This document shows, one piece after another, positions 30,367 to 41,225 of a DNA stretch of 64,000 nucleotides. The DNA is from Waterburya sp. GTDB taxonomy: Bacteria; Cyanobacteriota; Cyanobacteriia; Cyanobacteriales; Xenococcaceae. Position 1 is the first letter of the stretch. Each line of letters opens with the position of its first letter. Made by a program: the position numbers and the translations under genes. The DNA is taken from NCBI GenBank assembly GCA_965217895.1, contig CBDCJV010000002.1:4544001-4608000 (forward strand). The letters run 5' to 3'. The notes under the pieces are model-generated. The model had not been told where the DNA came from. It was given only the letters and a program-made list of their open reading frames with translations, and ran no database searches.

Positions 30367-31773
30367 TTATTTGCTAGTTATTGGTTTTTGGGCAACGTTA
30401 TCCTGTTGAGCAGCTTGGTAAACTGCCTGAGCCACTGCTTTTGATACTTTAGGGTTAAACACAGAAGGAATAATGTGTTCACGATCTAGCTCGGTATCCT
30501 CAACTAAAGCAGCGATCGCTTTGGCAGCTTCTAGATACATATTGCTAGTAATTGCCGAAGCCCGACAATCTAATGCGCCACGAAAAACTCCAGGAAAGGC
30601 TAACACATTATTGATCTGATTTGGGTAATCGCTACGCCCTGTTGCCATTACTGCCACGCTGTCGTAGACTAATTCAGGCTGAATTTCGGGAATAGGATTT
30701 GCCATCGCAAAGACAATCGGCTGTTCTGCCATTGTCTGCACCATTTCTGGAGTAATAACCCCTGGCGCACTTACCCCCAAAAAGATATCGGCATCTTGCA
30801 TAGCATCGACCAATTTACCACTATCTTTCACAGCAAATTCTTGCTTGTTAGAGTTTAAATCCTGGCGTTCGGAGGAAATAATGCCTTTTGAGTCGCAAAT
30901 CACAATTTTACTTGCCCCTGCTTGACGTAGCAACAGAGCGATCGCAATTCCTGCTGCCCCTGCACCATTAATCACAATCTTAACCTCGGCTAAATCTTTA
31001 CCGACTAATTTAAGCGCATTATATAAGGCTGCCAAAACCACAATAGCCGTACCGTGCTGATCGTCGTGAAAGACAGGAATATCAAGCTCTTGTCTTAATC
31101 TATGTTCAATTTCAAAACAACGGGGGGCAGCAATATCTTCTAAATTTATGCCTCCAAACACAGGGGCAATCTGTTTCACAGCCTTAATAATTTCTTCCGT
31201 ATCTTGGGTATCTAAGGCAATGGGAAAAGCATCAAGCCCAGCGAATTCTTTAAACAATAGAGCTTTGCCTTCCATGACGGGGAGTGATGCCCCTGCACCC
31301 AAGTTACCCAACCCTAAAACAGCACTGCCATCAGTAACCACGGCAACTGTATTACTTTTGATGGTTAGTTCATAAACTTTTTCAGGAGATTCGGCGATCG
31401 CTCGGCAGATTCTGCCCACTCCTGGAGTATAGGCCATAGCTAAATCTGACTGAGATTTAAGAGGCAACTTACTTTCAACCCTGATTTTGCCTCCCTGATG
31501 GATCGAAAAAGTGCGATCGCTAAAGCTAATAACTTTAACTTTAGGCAAATTTTTAATTGCCTCAATGATTTTGTCCCCTTGTTCGGTACTAGAAGCATCA
31601 ATCGTTAATTCTCGTTGAGTATATTTGAGATTGCGTTGCAGCAGCACAATATCTCCCAGACTACCGCCATGGTTAGCGATCGTACTCATAATCGAGGCTA
31701 ATGCACCAGGACGATTGGGAATTTCGATCTCGATCTTCAGGCTAAAGCTAGCACTAGGATATAAATCTACCAT
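30367..31773 (-). CDS. Malic enzyme with N-terminal ACT domain
   Basis: AYTPGV, MEGKA, FHDDQHGTA, GAGAAG, ATGRSDYPNQINN. Confidence 0.96.
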   Translation of the reverse strand: MVDLYPSASFSLKIEIEIPNRPGALASIMSTIANHGGSLGDIVLLQRNLKYTQRELTIDASSTEQGDKIIEAIKNLPKVKVISFSDRTFSIHQGGKIRVESKLPLKSQSDLAMAYTPGVGRICRAIAESPEKVYELTIKSNTVAVVTDGSAVLGLGNLGAGASLPVMEGKALLFKEFAGLDAFPIALDTQDTEEIIKAVKQIAPVFGGINLEDIAAPRCFEIEHRLRQELDIPVFHDDQHGTAIVVLAALYNALKLVGKDLAEVKIVINGAGAAGIAIALLLRQAGASKIVICDSKGIISSERQDLNSNKQEFAVKDSGKLVDAMQDADIFLGVSAPGVITPEMVQTMAEQPIVFAMANPIPEIQPELVYDSVAVMATGRSDYPNQINNVLAFPGVFRGALDCRASAITSNMYLEAAKAIAALVEDTELDREHIIPSVFNPKVSKAVAQAVYQAAQQDNVAQKPITSK

Positions 31774-31846
31774 TGTTTAGAATATATGTATTGCAGAATA
31801 AATTATTGTAAAACGTTTTCTGTTTCCAAAACTGTCAATTCATTTA

Positions 31847-31873
31847 GTAGGGGCGAAGGCCGTTCGCCCCTAC
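31847..31873. repeat. REP-like palindrome
   Basis: GTAGGGGCGAA-GGCCG-TTCGCCCCTAC. Confidence 0.75.
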
Positions 31874-32515
31874 TCATTTCGGCTGGGACTTTTGCAACAA
31901 AACTCGATATACGGGCAAATTTTTCTCCTGCACATATAACTCTCTTTCCGTGGGGACAGGTAAGGGATTAGTATCTAGCCAGACTGCTGTATGCTGTTGA
32001 ATTAATAAAGGATGGTTGGCAAAGCGATCGCGCATTTCCACCGCTACTTCCTCTATATCTGACTGAAGAAATATCTGCCCTCCCTCTGCTAGATAATCAA
32101 CCAAAATCTTGACTAATTCTGACTGTACTACCCGCCGTTTGTTATGTCGCTTTTTGAACCAAGGATCGGGGAATTGGATTGAGATAGTCTTTAAAACATT
32201 GCTGGGCAAAGATCTTAATAACCCTAATGCTGAACTATTCATATTGCCAAAAAGATAGTGCAGGTTTGTCAAACCCAATTCATCTTTAGTTTGATTAGCA
32301 GCACTCACCAAGCGATCGCGAATTTCAATCCCCAAAAAGTTTGTCTGGGGATTTAGCTGTGCCATTGACAACAAGAAACCACCCCGCCCACAGCCAATAT
32401 CCAGATGGAGAGGATAATCGCTTTGAGCGAATATATCTTGCCAATCTGGTATATCTATCGGCTGCTGAAATTTACGAGCGAGGGGATTAACGTGCTGACG
32501 AATACGAATGGGCAT
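31874..32515 (-). CDS. trmB: tRNA (guanine-N7)-methyltransferase
   Basis: RIRQHVNPL, DIGCGRG, FPDPWFKKRH. Confidence 0.96.
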   Translation of the reverse strand: MPIRIRQHVNPLARKFQQPIDIPDWQDIFAQSDYPLHLDIGCGRGGFLLSMAQLNPQTNFLGIEIRDRLVSAANQTKDELGLTNLHYLFGNMNSSALGLLRSLPSNVLKTISIQFPDPWFKKRHNKRRVVQSELVKILVDYLAEGGQIFLQSDIEEVAVEMRDRFANHPLLIQQHTAVWLDTNPLPVPTERELYVQEKNLPVYRVLLQKSQPK

Positions 32516-32563
32516 ACAAAAGAGGGCGTTACTGATTTAACTGTAGTAAAAAAACTCCAAGAT

Positions 32564-33100
32564 TTAAGAATTAGTATTTATCGAAACTACCGTACCGCTA
32601 AAGTCATAAAGATCGCCCTGTAATTGAATTGATGAGCCTATTTTTACTTTTTTACTTCCATCCAAAATAACGCCACTGTTGGTCACTTCAGCATTACTAT
32701 TGAGAGTCATGATTAAATCTCTAGTAATTCTAATTTCAGGGCGTGGATCTGGTAAAGCTTTTACAGAACCGTCTGGCTGGGGTACGGGAGTTGTTCGCGG
32801 TAAGGTTTCAGTATTTACAATTTCAACTTTTCCTGCTGGTTGATTGCGAATAACAATATCAGCTTTTTTTTCTCGCTTAAATTCTGCAACCAAGCCATCA
32901 AAATCAGCGACGTTCAAACCCTTGACAAAAACCTTTACTTCAACAGGTCTTTGCTTTGTTTGAGCAACAAGATTTGTAGTTAGGGGCGTACCTGGAAAAA
33001 AGAAAACACCGACAAAGACTAGTAAAATTACAGCAGCAGCAGCAAGATCGAGAATGCTCAATTTGCCAAATAGTCTTCCTTTAGAATCAATAATACTCAT
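32564..33100 (-). CDS. DUF4330 family protein
   Basis: IIDSKGRLFGKLSILD. Confidence 0.85.
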   Translation of the reverse strand: MSIIDSKGRLFGKLSILDLAAAAVILLVFVGVFFFPGTPLTTNLVAQTKQRPVEVKVFVKGLNVADFDGLVAEFKREKKADIVIRNQPAGKVEIVNTETLPRTTPVPQPDGSVKALPDPRPEIRITRDLIMTLNSNAEVTNSGVILDGSKKVKIGSSIQLQGDLYDFSGTVVSINTNS

Positions 33101-33320
33101 AAATCAACTGTCGGAAATTTCGATATCCTGAATAATTTCGCTTATATTATGTCACTTGTTAGCTGTTATTTGTTCAACTTAAATGTTCAAATACTCGCCA
33201 ATGTATGAAGAAAACAGTAGTTTATTAAATTTTGTCAAAGAAAGATATGCAGTTTAGTTGGCAAAATCATTTTCTTTTCTAAAATTTGAGCAAGAAACAC
33301 AATCAGGAAATCAAATAATT

Positions 33321-33743
33321 ATGACCCAATCAACAACAAACGATAACCAAGACTTATTTAAAATTTTGGTAGCAGTTGCTTGGATTGATGGAGAAATTCA
33401 AGCCCCAGAAAGAAAATTTCTGGAGAAAATAGCGGTAGAACAAAATATAAAATCAGCAACAGTACAAGATTTATTAACTACTCATCAGGCTACTTCTACC
33501 GAACAGTGCTATAAACTATTAAAAGCATATCTAGGCTCTAATCCTAATGCAGAGGACTATCAAGAACTACTATCCGCTGTTAGTACCTTGATTTATAGCG
33601 ACGATGACATTGCTACTGAAGAAGCCTCCTTATTGACTCAGATGCAAAATCTTGACCCAAATAACCCAGCCAACAATTCTACTTTTGATAAAGTGATTGG
33701 CAAAATTCAAAAATTATATCGAGCAGGATTATCAGCAGTTTAG
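33321..33743 (+). CDS. TerB-like (tellurite resistance fold) protein
   Basis: ILVAVAWIDGEIQAPE, LIYSDDDIATEE. Confidence 0.8.
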   Translation: MTQSTTNDNQDLFKILVAVAWIDGEIQAPERKFLEKIAVEQNIKSATVQDLLTTHQATSTEQCYKLLKAYLGSNPNAEDYQELLSAVSTLIYSDDDIATEEASLLTQMQNLDPNNPANNSTFDKVIGKIQKLYRAGLSAV

Positions 33744-33755
33744 ACAAGATTCTGG

Positions 33756-34640
33756 TTATTTTTCATTCCAGATACGTAAATAAAAATATACAAACACAAA
33801 GGCAATTATCAATAGAATAGTTGCTGCTGCTGCTGCATAGCCAAACTCGAAGCGGGAAAACGCCTGTTCGTAAATATAATAAACCAACAAATTAGTTGAG
33901 TTTAACGGGCCACCACCAGTAATAATATAAACCTGCTCAAAACTTTTCAAGGTAAAGATAGCTGTAGTCAAAACGGCAAAAACAATAGTCGGTTTTAAGC
34001 CAGGAATGGTAATATATCTAAACTTTGCCCAACCATCAGCACCATCTAATTCGGCCGCTTCATAGCGAGATTGAGGAATAGTCTGTAATCCAGCTAAAAA
34101 CACCACTAAGTTAAAGCCCAACTGTTTCCAGCTACTTAATAGAATTAAGACAGGCATTGCCCAAAAAGTACTGCTTAACCAAGCAATAGGCTCTAGTCCC
34201 CAGTCAATTAAAATATCGTTAACGGGGCCATCGGTTTGAAATAGCCAACGAAACGCTAAACCCACAGCAACTAAAGATGTAATCGAAGGTATAAAATATG
34301 CTGCTCTCAAAACTCCCCGTAAAGCTAAAGAGCGATTGAGTAAAACAGCTAATCCCAGAGGAATAATAATTGTTGGCATCAGGGTGGCAACTGTAAAATA
34401 TGCCGTATTGCCAATTACCTGCCAAAAGTCGGCATCGGTAAATAAACGCAGATAATTACGCACTCCTACCCACTCAATCCCTGATACTGTAAAGCTGCCA
34501 GTAGTAAAGCTAAGATACAGTAGGTAAACAATCGGATAAAACAGAAAAATACCTAGTAAGATTAGTGCAGGGGCAAGAAACAGCCCAGCAGCAACAGAAT
34601 CGCGATCAAGCCAAGTTGAGCTGGAGTTTGTTTTAGTCAT
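33756..34640 (-). CDS. Sugar ABC transporter permease
   Basis: EAAELDGA (EAA loop), TGGGP. Confidence 0.93.
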   Translation of the reverse strand: MTKTNSSSTWLDRDSVAAGLFLAPALILLGIFLFYPIVYLLYLSFTTGSFTVSGIEWVGVRNYLRLFTDADFWQVIGNTAYFTVATLMPTIIIPLGLAVLLNRSLALRGVLRAAYFIPSITSLVAVGLAFRWLFQTDGPVNDILIDWGLEPIAWLSSTFWAMPVLILLSSWKQLGFNLVVFLAGLQTIPQSRYEAAELDGADGWAKFRYITIPGLKPTIVFAVLTTAIFTLKSFEQVYIITGGGPLNSTNLLVYYIYEQAFSRFEFGYAAAAATILLIIAFVFVYFYLRIWNEK

Positions 34641-35806
34641 GTTTGATATTTGATTAATCTAGCAGCAATTGTTTTAACTGGATTGTCTGGAGATTTAAGC
34701 TTGACTCTTTCAATCTGAAAAGCTGAAGTAAGGTTTAAATCTAGATTTAATTGATTAGGCTCTTTTTTTTGCTGATTTTTAAAGGCTTGACTTAATAATT
34801 GTTCTTTAATTGCTGTAGCCAAAGCCCAACTAAAATTTACAGGGACAGCATTACCAATCATTTTGTAACCTGCATTCAGATTTTGATAGTAGAAAATAAA
34901 GTCATCAGGGAAAGTTTGAATTCTGGCACACTCTCTTACAGACAAACGATAGTAAGGATAAGGCGAATCAGGATCGAAGATAAATTTATCTCGCGCTACA
35001 TTAATCATTTTGTTGGCTTGAGGATGAATTGGCGCATGGCGACAACTTGCTTGTATTGTAAAAGATGGCTCTTGCCACGATCGCACTCGATTACGAGACA
35101 TATACATACTAGAGAAGCCACCAACTGCATACTCATGGTTGGCAATTAGACAAGTCTCGGCGTTAGTTTTATTTTTTGCTTTTGCTGCCAAAGCCAATTC
35201 TCTCAAATCCCAAATAGCATCTTTAAGAGTTAATTTCGGCTGCTGTTTTAATGCCTCAAAATTAAAAGCTCGTTGAATATATTGACGAAAACCGACGAGA
35301 ATAAACCGTTTTCTCTGTTGGGGAACATTAAAATTAACTGCATCAAGTAATTTAAATCTAACTTCATATCCTGCTTCTTCAAAAGCAGCAACAATATTTT
35401 TGAGAGCGCGATCGTGTTTTTGGTGTAGCATTCCTGAAACGTTTTCTGCCAAGAAAAATAAAGGCTGTTTATCTTGTAGAATCCGAATATATTCTAAGAA
35501 TAGGCGACCACGCTCATCCTCAATTCCTTTTTGTCTTCCTGCTTCACTCCAGCTTTGACAAGGAGGCCCACCTACAATACCAAGGCAATCAGGAATTTCC
35601 ACTGAAGCAATTTCGCGAATATCTCTATGGTCTAAATGAGTATTAGTGTGGTTTGCTTCGTAGGTGTGCCAAATTTCTTTGTCCCATTCGTTTGCCCAAA
35701 TAGTCTTAAATCCCGCTTGAGCAAAACCCAGATCTAAACCGCCACAACCAGCAAAAAGGGACACAATATTAAAACTGCTGTTTAAATTAGCTGATATTAA
35801 TTTCAT
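34637..35806 (-). CDS. C5 DNA cytosine methyltransferase, M.HaeIII-like (probably GGCC)
   Basis: SLFAGCGG, GGPPCQSWS, ENV, QQRKR, MSRNRVRSW, RECARIQTFPD, IGNAVP. Confidence 0.92.
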   Translation of the reverse strand: MKLISANLNSSFNIVSLFAGCGGLDLGFAQAGFKTIWANEWDKEIWHTYEANHTNTHLDHRDIREIASVEIPDCLGIVGGPPCQSWSEAGRQKGIEDERGRLFLEYIRILQDKQPLFFLAENVSGMLHQKHDRALKNIVAAFEEAGYEVRFKLLDAVNFNVPQQRKRFILVGFRQYIQRAFNFEALKQQPKLTLKDAIWDLRELALAAKAKNKTNAETCLIANHEYAVGGFSSMYMSRNRVRSWQEPSFTIQASCRHAPIHPQANKMINVARDKFIFDPDSPYPYYRLSVRECARIQTFPDDFIFYYQNLNAGYKMIGNAVPVNFSWALATAIKEQLLSQAFKNQQKKEPNQLNLDLNLTSAFQIERVKLKSPDNPVKTIAARLIKYQT

Positions 35807-36086
35807 TAATTATCAAAAATAAAGCGATCGCCTGTAAATATAAATATAAATTACTAAATTAATAAGTAACCAAATTTTATCTTGATTATTCAATAATAGC
35901 CATAAAAAAGATTAGAAATGTGACATAATAAACAAATCTTTTGTAATTAATTATTGATGATAGAAAATATAAATTATTGATATATATCAATGCTTTTAAT
36001 ATATTGTAACTATAATATTTAAACTAATCAAAGTAGAATGTTTTGTGACAATTAAACAACAATAAATTTGGGTGTGAGGTTCATAG

Positions 36087-37865
36087 ATGAAAAAGTTAGG
36101 TGCTTTATTTATCATAGGAATTTCTGGTTTTCTGCTGGCTACGCCTCAAGCTGATGCACAAGTAGTTGAATCTGGCAATAAATTCGCAGAAAACTTTAAA
36201 GCTAATAAGATTAATAACGATCTCGATCAAATTGACATACAAAACAACTCAGACAATTCTTTAGGTCAAGTAACAAATGTAGAAAGTTTACGAGATGTTG
36301 CCCCTACAGATTGGGCTTATCAAGCTCTCGCTAACCTAGTCAATCGCTATGGCTGTATTGCAGGTTTTCCTGATCGCACATTTAGAGGTAGCCAACCCTT
36401 AACGCGTTATGAATTTGCTGCTGGTTTAAATAGCTGTTTAAATCAAATTGAACGTTTAATTGCTAGCAATGCAAGTGTTAGCCCAGAAGATTTGGCAACC
36501 ATTCAAAGTTTGCAACAGAAGTTTGGATCGGAATTAAAGTTACTAGGTAACAGACTGGATAATCTTTCAGAACAAACGGCTTCACTTGAAGACAATCAAT
36601 TTTCTACTACCACCAAATTAAAAGGTGAAGTTATTTTCTCCTTGGCTGGTGCAACTGGAGGAGATCCAGTTGCAGGAAACAATCCTCAAATTGTTTTTAA
36701 CGATCGCCTCCGCCTGACTTTGAATACCAGCTTTTCTGGTAAAGACTTATTAATTACGGGTTTACAGGCTAATAATTTTGGCGGTGCAATAGATGGTTCT
36801 GGGAGCATTCAAAATAGTTTATTTCCTACAGAATCTTTACTAACTGCTGGCTCGACCAAACTCAGCTTTGAACCTCAGTTTCCTCGCTTCAATCCCCGAG
36901 ATACCTCCCAAGAGGTTGGAAGCAATTCCATCGATCTTTACAAACTACTTTACATCTTTCCTTCGGGTTTGGATAAACTTACTTTGTTCGCGGGAACGGC
37001 AGCCGAAGCTTCAGATGCTTTCCCAACTATTATCCCCTTTGCCGACGAAGGACAGGGAGCAGTTTCTCGATTTGCTGCTTTAAATCCAGTGCTACGCGTA
37101 TCGGGAGGAACTTCTCAAACTGGATTAGCCTCGGCAACGGGTTTTATTTGGAACGTTTCCGATAAAATAGACTGGCGGGCTTTATACGCTAGCGTTAACG
37201 CTGCCATTCCCCAAAAAGGAGATACTAATGCTTTAGGTGCAGGGCTATTTAGCGGCAGTATGTTAGCTTCAACTCAATTGACCTTGAAGCCGAGAGATAA
37301 TATTGATTTAGGCTTGAACTATGCCTATAGCTATCACGAACTAGATATATTAGCCACGGGACTAGATAGATTTTCGGCAACTGCCTTAGCAATTCCCAAT
37401 CAAACTATCAATCCAGATGGAACTGTTAATGTTGGCGGTATTTTGGACACGCCCGTACAAATTCATTCGGTCGGGGCTTCTTTAAACTGGAATATTTTGC
37501 CCAATCTGGCTTTGACAGGATATGGATCTTACTTTTTTGTTAATTCCGCATCTGGCCCAAAGGCTTCTTCAGAATTTCTCAGTTGGATGACGGGTATTTA
37601 TGTTAAAGATTTATTGAAAGAAGGAAATACGGCAGGACTCATTTTTGGACAACCCTTAAACCGAGTTGATGCAGGTGGTGTAGCACAACTAACAGAACCT
37701 AATGTTGATCGAGGAATACCTTATCATTTAGAAGCTTTCTATAACTACAAAGTCAGTGATAATATAAGCCTAACCCCTGGGGTGTTTGTTTTGTTTAATC
37801 CAGAAGGTAATAAGAATAACGACACTACTACAGTAGGTGTTTTGCGCACTACTTTTTCTTTTTAA
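36087..37865 (+). CDS. Cyanobacterial porin (SLH + OprB-like)
   Basis: DVAPTDWAYQAL, TRYEFAAGLN, QFSTTTKLKGE, terminal LRTTFSF. Confidence 0.95.
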   Translation: MKKLGALFIIGISGFLLATPQADAQVVESGNKFAENFKANKINNDLDQIDIQNNSDNSLGQVTNVESLRDVAPTDWAYQALANLVNRYGCIAGFPDRTFRGSQPLTRYEFAAGLNSCLNQIERLIASNASVSPEDLATIQSLQQKFGSELKLLGNRLDNLSEQTASLEDNQFSTTTKLKGEVIFSLAGATGGDPVAGNNPQIVFNDRLRLTLNTSFSGKDLLITGLQANNFGGAIDGSGSIQNSLFPTESLLTAGSTKLSFEPQFPRFNPRDTSQEVGSNSIDLYKLLYIFPSGLDKLTLFAGTAAEASDAFPTIIPFADEGQGAVSRFAALNPVLRVSGGTSQTGLASATGFIWNVSDKIDWRALYASVNAAIPQKGDTNALGAGLFSGSMLASTQLTLKPRDNIDLGLNYAYSYHELDILATGLDRFSATALAIPNQTINPDGTVNVGGILDTPVQIHSVGASLNWNILPNLALTGYGSYFFVNSASGPKASSEFLSWMTGIYVKDLLKEGNTAGLIFGQPLNRVDAGGVAQLTEPNVDRGIPYHLEAFYNYKVSDNISLTPGVFVLFNPEGNKNNDTTTVGVLRTTFSF

Positions 37866-37867
37866 CT

Positions 37868-38024
37868 AACGTGAGTTCGGGATAAGTTAAAAGCCTGGCG
37901 TAGCAAATAATTCAAAAGCTTTTTTTCCAATCAAATTTTAAAGAGCAACAAATCTTTCAACATCTTAAAGCCTAGAGCTTAGAGCTATCTTAACTAATTG
38001 ATTCTCTTAACCCGAACTGAGGTT
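37868..38024. mobile_element. MITE with IS982-like ends
   Basis: AACGTGAGTTCGGG ... CCCGAACTGAGGTT imperfect inverted repeats with no coding capacity. Confidence 0.65.
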
Positions 38025-38058
38025 AAATTAAATTGAGCTAGCAATGATGTTGAAAGAT

Positions 38059-39018
38059 TTAATTTCTGCCGTAGGTTTTGATTGGCTCTTTAATAAAGCG
38101 AATATAAAAGTTTTTAAAGGTTGATCGCAACACGCGAGGCAACCCAAAGTCAATCGGCATTAAAGCATCAGGCAATTTCCAGTCTGCTACCTGTAAGTCT
38201 GCTGGTTTGCAGTAAGGAAACTCTATTTCAGAGAGTTCAGAACAGTATCCCTGTTTGAATTGGGCAGCCAGAGTAGGTATAACTTTGGGGTCAACATTGA
38301 GAATATCAATCATGGCGCGATCTAAGGCAAACACGTCAGTAGACGCGCCCAAAACTCCTAATTGCTTGGGTTCACCGCTACTAGGGCCATTACCCTCATG
38401 ACCAATAATACCGTCAATTATGGTCAAATTAGGCGCGATCGCCTTGGCAGTTTCGACAATCATTTCTCCAAAGCGTTCGGCATCTTTACCTGCCTCCATG
38501 TGCCACCAAGCCTTCATCTTGCCAGGGACACAGCCAAAGAGATTTTTTACTCCTAAAGTCATCGTTAACTGCATATGAGATTTTACCTTTGGTAAATTAA
38601 TCACCACGTCTGCATCCATTGCTTCTTTAGACAGGCGGAGATGCTGAAAGTTTTCATTTTCGGTGGCGTAACGCTGTCCTTTAAATTCTACAATCGGTAA
38701 ATTTAATTCGGCACATAAAGGTAAATAACCATTAGCTTTTGCCACTCCTCTAGCACTTCCAAAGGCAGGACTATCCCCCAGGAAAGGTTTTCCCCCTGCT
38801 TCTTTTACCAGTTGGGCAACGCAGTAGACAATTTCAGGACGAGTAATACATTCTTTGGTAGGACGACTACCCGTAAGTAGATTAGGCTTTAACAAAACGC
38901 GATCGCCTTTTTTAATGATGGCTTCTATTCCCCCCAGGGGTTCGAGTAAATATTCAAGGCGCGATCGCAATTCCTGTAGCTCGTAAGACTCAGCGCGAAT
39001 TAGACTAACTGTATACAT
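38059..39018 (-). CDS. DUF362 family protein
   Basis: VLLKPN, INLPKVKSH, KNLFG, EGNGP. Confidence 0.9.
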   Translation of the reverse strand: MYTVSLIRAESYELQELRSRLEYLLEPLGGIEAIIKKGDRVLLKPNLLTGSRPTKECITRPEIVYCVAQLVKEAGGKPFLGDSPAFGSARGVAKANGYLPLCAELNLPIVEFKGQRYATENENFQHLRLSKEAMDADVVINLPKVKSHMQLTMTLGVKNLFGCVPGKMKAWWHMEAGKDAERFGEMIVETAKAIAPNLTIIDGIIGHEGNGPSSGEPKQLGVLGASTDVFALDRAMIDILNVDPKVIPTLAAQFKQGYCSELSEIEFPYCKPADLQVADWKLPDALMPIDFGLPRVLRSTFKNFYIRFIKEPIKTYGRN

Positions 39019-39111
39019 TTTTTTAGTTTATTTTTAAGCAAGTTATGCAAATTCTATCTCTTCTGCTTAAAATTTAAACCATAGTCGCCTCCACCGAAAA
39101 AAGAGTAAAAG

Positions 39112-40377
39112 CTATTCAGCAAAAGTTTTTACTCCACCCTCAGGATCTAATAGTAGACGAATTACTGATTTTTGAGATTTAGTAATAGGAGAAATAAATG
39201 ATTCTCCCTTCACGGGAATATTAGTTTGACTTAAATACAACTCTGAAGCTTTGCCTAAAGGAATTACTCGTTTGATTGAGCCATTAGGGTTAAGATATAA
39301 ACGATATTCAAGACTTTGTTTTAGGTCTGCTGGCGGTTGCCATTTAGCTTGAAAATAAACCTGAATTTCTTGTAATTGAGCAGATTGCGCAGGATTTTGG
39401 CTAGATGAAATTGAACCTAAATCTTCAGGCGATTCTGAGGGTGAATTATTAACTTTCGCGGACTTAGATTCATTGGATTCAGCAGAATTAATCTCGGTTT
39501 TTGACTGTGGATTCAATCTCGCTATTCTTTGATCTTTAGCTTCAGCAGGAGTTACAGTATTTAAGTGTGATCGCTCACCTACTCGATCTAGTGGATAGTC
39601 AGCAGGATCGGGAATATTTGGTTTGGGTTTTGGGGTATCTACTGCTGGGGGTGGTGGTAGTCTTTTGGTAGATGAAAGAGGTTCATTCGATTTTAGTTTA
39701 GCGGTTGTTCTATCTATCTTTGGTATTTGAGGAGGTACAATTTCATTAAATCGAGGAGTCTTTTCTATCTTTTGAGAATCTGATTTGGAGTCGGTGGCAA
39801 CATTTTGAGGAGCGGGAGATTTTAAAACGACACCAGCAATCCCTACCGCAGCTATAGTTGCAGCAGCCATAGTACCCCAAAGAGGAATTGTTTTGTTGAG
39901 TTGAGTTTGTTTTAGTTCAGGTAAGGCTGCAAATTGGGTTGTGTATGCTTCTAAAGCAGTGACCAAATCAAATAACTGTACTGTGCTTAGCTGAATATTG
40001 TCCGCAGCAGCGTCATGAGTTAGATTAGCCAAAAATAATTGATGAGCAACTAATCCTTTGGGTTTTAAACAAGGATAATTGTTATTTAGTTTATGGTCTA
40101 TTTTTAAATCTACGTTTGATTTAGTTGCAAGATTTAGACTAGCGTGTAAAAATTCTTGAACATATCTATCAACTACTATTTTCAACTGTTCTAAATCTGA
40201 TTGGCTGCCTTTGATTTTGACCTGCTTGCTGGTAGGTAATTGTGGATCATCAAAGCTTAAATGAAACTGAAGTTTTTTAAGCATTTCTCGATTTGTCCAG
40301 CGAGATAAAGGAGATTTATTACCTTTTATTTCTAAAGTACAGGTAGGAGGTGTAAAACGATGAAATGTAATAGACAT
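39112..40377 (-). CDS. DUF4335 domain protein (long form)
   Basis: FTPPTCTLEI, LSTVQLFDLVTALE, central TM helix, Pro-rich linker, TonB-C-like tail (WQPP..LEYRL). Confidence 0.8.
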   Translation of the reverse strand: MSITFHRFTPPTCTLEIKGNKSPLSRWTNREMLKKLQFHLSFDDPQLPTSKQVKIKGSQSDLEQLKIVVDRYVQEFLHASLNLATKSNVDLKIDHKLNNNYPCLKPKGLVAHQLFLANLTHDAAADNIQLSTVQLFDLVTALEAYTTQFAALPELKQTQLNKTIPLWGTMAAATIAAVGIAGVVLKSPAPQNVATDSKSDSQKIEKTPRFNEIVPPQIPKIDRTTAKLKSNEPLSSTKRLPPPPAVDTPKPKPNIPDPADYPLDRVGERSHLNTVTPAEAKDQRIARLNPQSKTEINSAESNESKSAKVNNSPSESPEDLGSISSSQNPAQSAQLQEIQVYFQAKWQPPADLKQSLEYRLYLNPNGSIKRVIPLGKASELYLSQTNIPVKGESFISPITKSQKSVIRLLLDPEGGVKTFAE

Positions 40378-40403
40378 GATAGATTATTGATTTTTATCAG
40401 GCA

Positions 40404-40991
40404 TTATAGAGTTGCATCAAAAATTGCGATCCAAAGTAAACGATGACCATTATTACTACTATAAAATAACAAGTTTATCAATAGCTTCCAGGCTAATTCT
40501 GACAGAGATTCTATCGAAAAATTAGCAGAATTATTAATTCTTTCGTGATAGTAATTAATGAATTTATCCAGGTAATTTCCCAGTAAAGCAGTCTGATGAG
40601 GTGTTTTATTTTGTTCTGTTGTCTGTTCTAACAAGCTAACGGCACGACGAAGCAATTCTTGATGTTGATTTGCCAAATAACAAATAATTAATACCAAGGA
40701 GCGTGCTTCTTCTACATCTAGTTTTTTTCTCCCCCCAGTACTTTTACGCAAGGGATTTGATGCTCTTAATCGCCATAAAGTTAAACGATCGCTGACGATA
40801 GATTCTAAGTTTAAATCTTTAGCGGCCTCCAGAATAGCTTCAGAGCTAATATTGGCGATCGCTTCTAGAGCTAATATTGCTAAATCTAAATGAGATTTTA
40901 TATTTTCTAATTGATCGTCACCAATCAGCTTTGGCGAAGCTAAGTCTTGCCATCTTGATGAATCAGCAGTGTTTTTAGTAGTGGATGGCAT
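40404..40991 (-). CDS. DUF3038 family protein
   Basis: LDLAILALEA, LWRLRASNPLRK, LLFYS..G. Confidence 0.85.
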   Translation of the reverse strand: MPSTTKNTADSSRWQDLASPKLIGDDQLENIKSHLDLAILALEAIANISSEAILEAAKDLNLESIVSDRLTLWRLRASNPLRKSTGGRKKLDVEEARSLVLIICYLANQHQELLRRAVSLLEQTTEQNKTPHQTALLGNYLDKFINYYHERINNSANFSIESLSELAWKLLINLLFYSSNNGHRLLWIAIFDATL

Positions 40992-41225
40992 AAGCCGTTA
41001 AGCATTCAATGTATTTATCAAGGTTAATGGGGTACGAGGGGATGGTTTAACTATTTGCTTTCTAACTAAATAATAGGCAATTTCAATGTACATTGGACTA
41101 AAAGCAACTGCTTCACTTGAACTAGGAAGCTACCAGGTTTTATTTGGACGAGGAAAAAGCAATAAATCTATCTTTAAAATTTGTCAATAAATTAAATATT
41201 TTCGGCAAAAATATACAGTTGTTCC

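Noticed and set aside
35850..36086. Two TGTGACA motifs and AT-rich boxes upstream of the porin as CRP or Fur sites
   Set aside because: The second half-sites are poor and cannot be told from AT-rich background.
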